Part shown: piece by piece, positions 45,654-50,862 of the stretch
Layout: the number at the start of each line of letters is the position of its first letter
Position numbering within the stretch: position 1 is the stretch's first letter
IMG/VR virus record: IMGVR_UViG_3300031566_000057
Coordinates: 1-50,862 of that record
Strand: one strand, 5' to 3'
From: a virus
Taxonomy: Duplodnaviria; Caudoviricetes
DNA length: 50,862 nucleotides
The notes under the pieces: generated by a model
Told to the model about the DNA's origin: nothing
Seen by the model: only the letters and a program-made list of their open reading frames with translations
Database searches by the model: none
Program-made: the position numbers and the translations under genes

Positions 45654-46329
45654 GGAATCCTGTGTAATGGCGGAGCGGGAGGTAGGAAAGTTCCGTCCCG
45701 GATGGCAACCGTTCTTCGACCGGCTTCTGGAGTTGCCGTTTCATTCGGTTGTAGACTTCGGATGTGGCTATGGTTTTCAGGTCCGCGATTTCGCCAAGGC
45801 CGGCAAGTCGGCAGAGGGTGTTGACAGGATCATTCATCCCTTTGCGAGGGCAGAGGCGGAGCAGAACGGCTACATACTCTGGGAGAAGTCCTGGGATGAA
45901 CTTGCCCCGGCAAGCTACGGGGCGGGCTGGTCGCACCACTGTCTTGAGCACTGCCGTGACCCCGTAGGTACACTTCATACATGGGGGCAAATCATCCAAC
46001 CTGGAGGCTTGCTATGTGTGATGGTTCCGATCCACCGCACTGATGCCCTGGCGGGACACATTGCCACGGGTTGGAACATCAGCCAACTGATGTACCTGCT
46101 GGCAGTCGCAGGATGGGATTGTCGGGACGGGGAGTTCCTGGTCGCCGATGAGACTATCGGTGGCATTGTCAGACGACCGGAACAAATGATTATGGCCGAC
46201 CCTTGGCAGGGGCTTGGTCCCATCCTTCCTCTGCTGCCCTTCACCTGCGATCCGGCGACAACCAGGGGGTTCGAGTACAAGACTACCAACGTCAACTGGC
46301 GTGGTAACAAATCCGGCACTACCCGATAG
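45646..46329 (+). CDS. Class I SAM-dependent methyltransferase
   Basis: VVDFGCGYG, HHCLEH..DP, PGGLLCVMVP. Confidence 0.85.
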   Translation: MTEESCVMAEREVGKFRPGWQPFFDRLLELPFHSVVDFGCGYGFQVRDFAKAGKSAEGVDRIIHPFARAEAEQNGYILWEKSWDELAPASYGAGWSHHCLEHCRDPVGTLHTWGQIIQPGGLLCVMVPIHRTDALAGHIATGWNISQLMYLLAVAGWDCRDGEFLVADETIGGIVRRPEQMIMADPWQGLGPILPLLPFTCDPATTRGFEYKTTNVNWRGNKSGTTR

Positions 46330-46385
46330 CCGTTGGTCTACGTTGATCTGCGAGATTGGGATGTCCCATTACTAGGAGTTTTATC

Positions 46386-47342
46386 ATGGCTGAGGAAGCC
46401 ACAGAGACAGAGGAAGTCACACCAACAGAGGCAGTCACACCAACAGCAGCAGAAGAGGCGTTCTTCACAGAGAAGGAGCCTGTGGATGCGCTTGCTCCGC
46501 CCCAGGAGGATGCCGAGGACAAGGGTTCGGATGCACCTGAAGCTACCGAGCCCAAAGTCCCCGAAGCTACCGAATGGACCGCGAAGCAGGCCAGTGCGTT
46601 ACGGCGGTTCGGGTACGACCAGGACGAGTTGGAGAAGGCGTTCGGTCCCGACAAGGCGCAGACCTTCGCTGATAAGCTGGCGAAGACTCATGCCGATGTC
46701 GGGAGGCGCTATGCCCAGCTAGGTCGGGCCGAACGAAAACCCGAACCAACCGCAGAGGCGCCCCCGGAAACCGGGGCCGAAGAGGCGCTTGAGTTCAAGT
46801 ACGACCCGGAAGAGTCGGTGCTGAGTGCTACCGAAGGTCAGGCTGTCGAGAAGCTCTTTGCCACGGTGAAGGGTCTTCGGGAGAGCCTGGCCGGGGCCAC
46901 GAAGCACCTGGAGGTTCAACGAGCACAACAAAGGGAGCAGACAGCGGACACCTGGTTCGCGTCTCTCGATACGGACGTATACCCCATATTCGGTGAGGGG
47001 CCTGGCGGCAAGCTCGAAGAGGATTCCGAAGAGCTTGCGGCACGGCTGGAGATTCTGGACTATGCCCGGGAACTCACTGCCGGTCACCTCGCTGTACATG
47101 GGGAGGAAATGCCCATCGAGGATGCGCTAACCGACGCGCTGCTGCACTGTCATCCCGATGCAAGAGCCGCGGCGAGAAAGAAGACCACGGCGAAGAAAGT
47201 CAAGACCCGATCAGGCCAGCTATCCGCCCGCCCCGGAACACGTCAGGCGCAGGGTGCGCCCAAGGACGTGCATGAGGCGGCGCTGGACGCAATGGCCGAA
47301 CATCAAAAGACCAAGGGCCACGGCTTCTTCAAAGACGTGTGA
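46386..47342 (+). CDS. Capsid scaffolding protein
   Basis: Acidic helical protein directly upstream of MCP; AGGAG RBS. Confidence 0.7.
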   Translation: MAEEATETEEVTPTEAVTPTAAEEAFFTEKEPVDALAPPQEDAEDKGSDAPEATEPKVPEATEWTAKQASALRRFGYDQDELEKAFGPDKAQTFADKLAKTHADVGRRYAQLGRAERKPEPTAEAPPETGAEEALEFKYDPEESVLSATEGQAVEKLFATVKGLRESLAGATKHLEVQRAQQREQTADTWFASLDTDVYPIFGEGPGGKLEEDSEELAARLEILDYARELTAGHLAVHGEEMPIEDALTDALLHCHPDARAAARKKTTAKKVKTRSGQLSARPGTRQAQGAPKDVHEAALDAMAEHQKTKGHGFFKDV

Positions 47343-47367
47343 TCTCGGGCGGTAACTGGAGGGGATC

Positions 47368-48492
47368 ATGGCAGACGGAATAGACATGAGACGCACTGCG
47401 TCCCTGTCGAACACAACCCTTATGGACATTCTGAAGAACACTCAGGATGTCGAACCGTATGATGGGAGTTTCGAGACACTCCAAAACCTGCACGATTACG
47501 AAATCTGCAACCGATGGATGGCCAAGGACAAGATCACCTTCGATGGTGGTACGTCCATCGTCCGTCATGTCCAGGTCACGGAAAGCGGGGCGGCCCAGTG
47601 GGTCGTGCCCTATCAGACCACCGAGCCCAGCGTTACGGACGTGCAGGCTCGGATCAGGGCGAACTGGTGCTATATCCAGACGGATTACTCCATCGCCCGC
47701 GAAGAGATGCTGGTCAACCGTTCGCGCCCGAAGCTCATCGACCTGATGAAGTCGCGCAGGCTTGCGGCGATGATGGACCTGGCGGAGCTTCTGGAGCTGT
47801 GGGTCTGGCGTTCTCCCACCAACTCATCCGATGCACTTCACCCGTTCGGCGTGCCGATGTACATCACGCCGATCATCACGGCACAGACGTATGGTCACGT
47901 CGGATGCAATCCCCTCTACAACGACACCTCTGCGGTGGCGGACTGTGCGGGGATTGACTCGTCCTTGTCGGCTTACTCTCGGTGGCGCAACTATGCCGAC
48001 CGCTGGAATCTGGCCGACAGTTTCGAGGGCGTGATTGAGGATGAGGATATCATCAAGATCACCCGCATGTTGCGTCGGCTGCACTTCAAGTCACCGACGT
48101 TCGTGACGGATATCGACAACGGTTCCTACAAGAACCTGCGTCTGTATACGGGCGAAGAGGTGATCGAGTCTCTGGAAGAGCGTGCCCGGAAGCAGAACGA
48201 TCAGTTGGGTTCCGATGTCGCCCGGTACGCCGGGGCTACGATCATCAAGAACCTGCCGGTCATCTGGATCGAACGGCTGGACTACGCGAACTCCTCGACG
48301 TATCCGTTCTACGCGCTCAACCACACCTACTTCAAGCCCTTCGTCATGGAAGGGAACTGGCTGAGAGAGAACGAGCCCATCAGAAGCAAGGGCCAGCACA
48401 ACGTGTTCACGACCTTCGTGGACGCGCAGATGAACATCATCTGCACCAACCGGCAGCGCGCGGGTGGGATCATCAGCGCTGTCGTCGCATAA
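47368..48492 (+). CDS. Major capsid protein
   Basis: 374 aa after scaffold; FDGGTSI, NIICTNRQRAG end; strong RBS. Confidence 0.8.
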   Translation: MADGIDMRRTASLSNTTLMDILKNTQDVEPYDGSFETLQNLHDYEICNRWMAKDKITFDGGTSIVRHVQVTESGAAQWVVPYQTTEPSVTDVQARIRANWCYIQTDYSIAREEMLVNRSRPKLIDLMKSRRLAAMMDLAELLELWVWRSPTNSSDALHPFGVPMYITPIITAQTYGHVGCNPLYNDTSAVADCAGIDSSLSAYSRWRNYADRWNLADSFEGVIEDEDIIKITRMLRRLHFKSPTFVTDIDNGSYKNLRLYTGEEVIESLEERARKQNDQLGSDVARYAGATIIKNLPVIWIERLDYANSSTYPFYALNHTYFKPFVMEGNWLRENEPIRSKGQHNVFTTFVDAQMNIICTNRQRAGGIISAVVA

Positions 48493-48510
48493 CCGGAGGA
48501 ACTCACACAC

Positions 48511-48547
48511 GGGCGCAGGGTCTACCCCTGCGCCCCGGAGGGTTAAC
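48511..48547 (+). promoter_or_regulatory. Hairpin+RBS leader shared by both head-fibre paralogs
   Basis: GGGCGCAGGG/CCCTGCGCCC stem; GCGCCCCGGAGGGTTAA here and at about 50579. Confidence 0.6.
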
Positions 48548-48549
48548 AA

Positions 48550-50556
48550 ATGACTCAAACCACGTACAAGAGTGAGAAGCTCTCTAAGAAGAGAGTCTGG
48601 TACACCGGCACAGATACCCTCTACGAAGGGTACGCTCTGTGCTACGACCGCGATATCGGCACGGTGACTGCCGTGGATATCGCGCGGGCTTACTCTGTTC
48701 TGAAGCCCGCGACGGCGTATCTAAACTACTTCGCCGGTGTTGTGGCTCCCGAGAGCGACAACAAGAAAGGCCCGTGCTGGGTCAACATCATCGAGCCGGA
48801 CGGTAGTGGTGGAAGGATCTGCAAGGGTTACTGCTACGTCAACGCCACCATTCTCACGACTCGGGTTGCAGTGACCGATGGGCAGTATTACCTCACTTCC
48901 ACAAGTTCGTCCAACGTGACGGTTGGCCGGGCGATGCAAACCCTGAACACGGGGACCACGGCGGCCCTGACGATGATCTCGCTGGAGGGGGTTAGCGCCA
49001 GTGCGACGGTTGATGCAGCCGCGCACGTCACCAACCTGACGAACTCCACTGGTGGCACGAGTGAGGCGGCAGAGACGCTGGCTGATGTCTTGTCTGCCCA
49101 GACGGCCCCGGACCTTACGGGCACGACTTCGGGTGCTGCTACCACTGTCACGTTCTCGGCCACGTCTCCCACCCTGACTGGTGTTACCACGGGAGGCGGA
49201 GTGGCCATCGTAGGCTCCGACACAGGGCCGACACTGACGGGTACGACCACGGGGGCGGCGGCGTCTGTTACGTTCTCCGCCACGGCTCCTACCCTCACCG
49301 GAGTCACCACCGGCGGCGGGGTCGCTATCGCAGGTTCCGATACTGGTCCTACTCTGACCGGCACGACCACGGGAGGTGTGGCGACTGTTACATTCTCCGC
49401 CACATCCCCGGCCTTGAGTGGTACGACCAGCGGCGGCGCAACTACGGTCACATTCAGCCAGACAGCTCCAACTCTCACGGGTGGAACCACTGGTGGGGGA
49501 GTGGCCCTAGTCGCAAGCGATACCGGCCCGACCCTTACAGGTACGACCACCAGTGCTGCGGCCACCGTTACCTTCTCGGCAACCTCACCCACCCTTTCTG
49601 GTACGACCAGTGGCGGCGCAACAACGGTCACGTTCTCGGCGACTGCGCCCACGCTGACCGGAGGTACGACTGGTGGTACTGTGGGCGTTGCATTCACCGC
49701 AACGGCACCGACACTGACGGGGGGTTCGGCTGGTGGGACCGTGGCTCTTATCGGCACTACGGCGCTGTATGGTGATGTCGCGCGTGCCTTCAACGCGACC
49801 GCCCTGAACACGGCCGACATTGCCAGTTTGTTTGTTCTGGACCAGCGGGTTGGTGATGCCACCGCCAAGAACACGGCCGACATCGCCAGCCTCTTTGTGC
49901 TGGACCAGAGAATTGGTGCTGCGGCAATGGCGAACCAGGCCGACATCGCCTCTCTGTTCGTTCTCGACCAGAGAATCGGCGAGGGCGTCAACCATGTCCG
50001 ATCCGACATGACCAACGCGGTTGCGGACATTAAGCGGTGTGCGGATGCAACGGCAAAGAACGCCGCGGATGTTGCCGCACTGTATGTTCTCGACCAGCGC
50101 GTTGGTGCTGCGGCCATGACAAACAAGGCCGACATTGCCTCTCTCTTTGTACTCGATCAGCGCATTGGTGCTGGGGTTGCTGCCCTCAAGACAGACATGA
50201 CGAGTGCCGTCGCTGACATCAAACGCACGGCGGATGCTGTCGTGAAGAACTCGGCGGACATTGCAAGTCTGTTCGTGCTCGATCAGCGCATTGGTGCTGG
50301 CGTTGCTGCTCACACCGTAGACATCACATCTGCCGTGGCGGACATCAAACGGACGGCGGATGCGGTGGTCAAGACCAATGCTGATGTCGCCGCACTGTTC
50401 GTGCTCGTCCAGCGATTGGGTCACGCGATTCTCCACCAGAAGGCCGATGTTGGGGGCATCATCAGCACCACCAACAACAACCTGACGGACCTCACGGAGA
50501 AGATCGACGACATTATCACCGCGCTGGAGAACGCCAACCTGATGGCGACTGCGTAA
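48550..50556 (+). CDS. Long head-fibre/decoration protein with mirrored repeats
   Basis: Follows MCP; 11x20-aa Thr/Gly repeats, 11x21-aa heptad repeats, KIDDIITALENANLM head-fibre-type end. Confidence 0.75.
   Translation: MTQTTYKSEKLSKKRVWYTGTDTLYEGYALCYDRDIGTVTAVDIARAYSVLKPATAYLNYFAGVVAPESDNKKGPCWVNIIEPDGSGGRICKGYCYVNATILTTRVAVTDGQYYLTSTSSSNVTVGRAMQTLNTGTTAALTMISLEGVSASATVDAAAHVTNLTNSTGGTSEAAETLADVLSAQTAPDLTGTTSGAATTVTFSATSPTLTGVTTGGGVAIVGSDTGPTLTGTTTGAAASVTFSATAPTLTGVTTGGGVAIAGSDTGPTLTGTTTGGVATVTFSATSPALSGTTSGGATTVTFSQTAPTLTGGTTGGGVALVASDTGPTLTGTTTSAAATVTFSATSPTLSGTTSGGATTVTFSATAPTLTGGTTGGTVGVAFTATAPTLTGGSAGGTVALIGTTALYGDVARAFNATALNTADIASLFVLDQRVGDATAKNTADIASLFVLDQRIGAAAMANQADIASLFVLDQRIGEGVNHVRSDMTNAVADIKRCADATAKNAADVAALYVLDQRVGAAAMTNKADIASLFVLDQRIGAGVAALKTDMTSAVADIKRTADAVVKNSADIASLFVLDQRIGAGVAAHTVDITSAVADIKRTADAVVKTNADVAALFVLVQRLGHAILHQKADVGGIISTTNNNLTDLTEKIDDIITALENANLMATA
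49102..49761 (+). repeat. 11 x 60-bp repeats (TxPxLxGxxxG...)
   Basis: Counted in the translation. Confidence 0.9.
49783..50475 (+). repeat. 11 x 63-bp coiled-coil repeats (ADIASLFVLDQR / DMTSAVADIKR types)
   Basis: Counted in the translation. Confidence 0.9.
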
Positions 50557-50598
50557 GCCACCAATATGAGGGCGCGTAGCGCCCCGGAGGGTTAATTC

Positions 50599-50862
50599 AT
50601 GGTGCAAACCACCTACAAGACCGAGAAACTCAACAAGAAGCGTGTGTACTACACGGGGACCGCCACTCTCTATGAAGGGTACGCCCTGTGTTACAACCGC
50701 GACTCCAACACTGGTACTACCATCACTGGTGTCGATTGGGCGAGGGCGTATGAGGTCGAAAAACCGGCAACGGCGAACCTCAACTACTTCGCCGGGCTGG
50801 TTGCTGGAGAGTCCGATTCCAAGACGGGTCCGTGCTGGGTCAACATTATTGTACCCGGCTCG
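50599..50862 (+). CDS. 5' part of short head-fibre paralog (continues to 535 across the join)
   Basis: MVQTTYKTEKLNKKRVYYTG matches MTQTTYKSEKLSKKRVWYTG; GGAGG RBS. Confidence 0.85.
   Translation, partial: MVQTTYKTEKLNKKRVYYTGTATLYEGYALCYNRDSNTGTTITGVDWARAYEVEKPATANLNYFAGLVAGESDSKTGPCWVNIIVPGS
50727..50862. repeat. Terminal direct repeat, right copy
   Basis: Matches 1-136 with one mismatch. Confidence 0.97.

Noticed and set aside
48888-50607. Long minus-strand ORFs (415 and 340 aa)
   Set aside because: Antisense shadows of the repetitive GC-rich fibre gene
48550-50862. Diversity-generating retroelement TR/VR pair
   Set aside because: No reverse transcriptase seen; differences between paralogs are not adenine-specific
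1-50862. Stop-codon reassignment
   Set aside because: Core genes are intact in code 11; TAA, TAG and TGA all end genes; the tRNA is not a suppressor

Overview
The window is an apparently complete, circularly permuted ~50.7 kb tailed-phage genome, probably temperate and podovirus-like. Bases 1-136 repeat 50727-50862 with one synonymous mismatch, and one gene runs across the join. Around the circle: TerS (31695), small accessory genes, TerL, more small cassettes, portal, a ~7.5 kb sugar-modification operon, scaffold, major capsid protein, two paralogous head-fibre genes, adaptor, nozzle, collagen fibre, an inverted moron with its own promoter, three ejection-type proteins, holin and spanins (no recognisable endolysin), a tyrosine recombinase, a rightward early/replication operon, and a leftward cluster of small early genes. 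Main observations: (1) a capsid-module operon combining a CMP-ulosonate synthetase, GT29-like and Maf-like sialyltransferase-type domains, GT8/GT2 domains, a sulfotransferase and methylases, next to very Thr/Ser-rich virion fibres, suggesting a phage-encoded sialylated/sulfated virion glycan coat; (2) a head fibre with 11 extended repeats and 11 coiled-coil repeats whose subtypes occur in exact mirror order; (3) a rare tRNA-Ile(UAU) flanked by two candidate structured ncRNAs; (4) a two-state RNA attenuator before the leftward early genes; (5) genes and one protein domain bracketed by 17-26 bp direct repeats. All product calls come from motif recognition by eye and synteny; no database searches were run.
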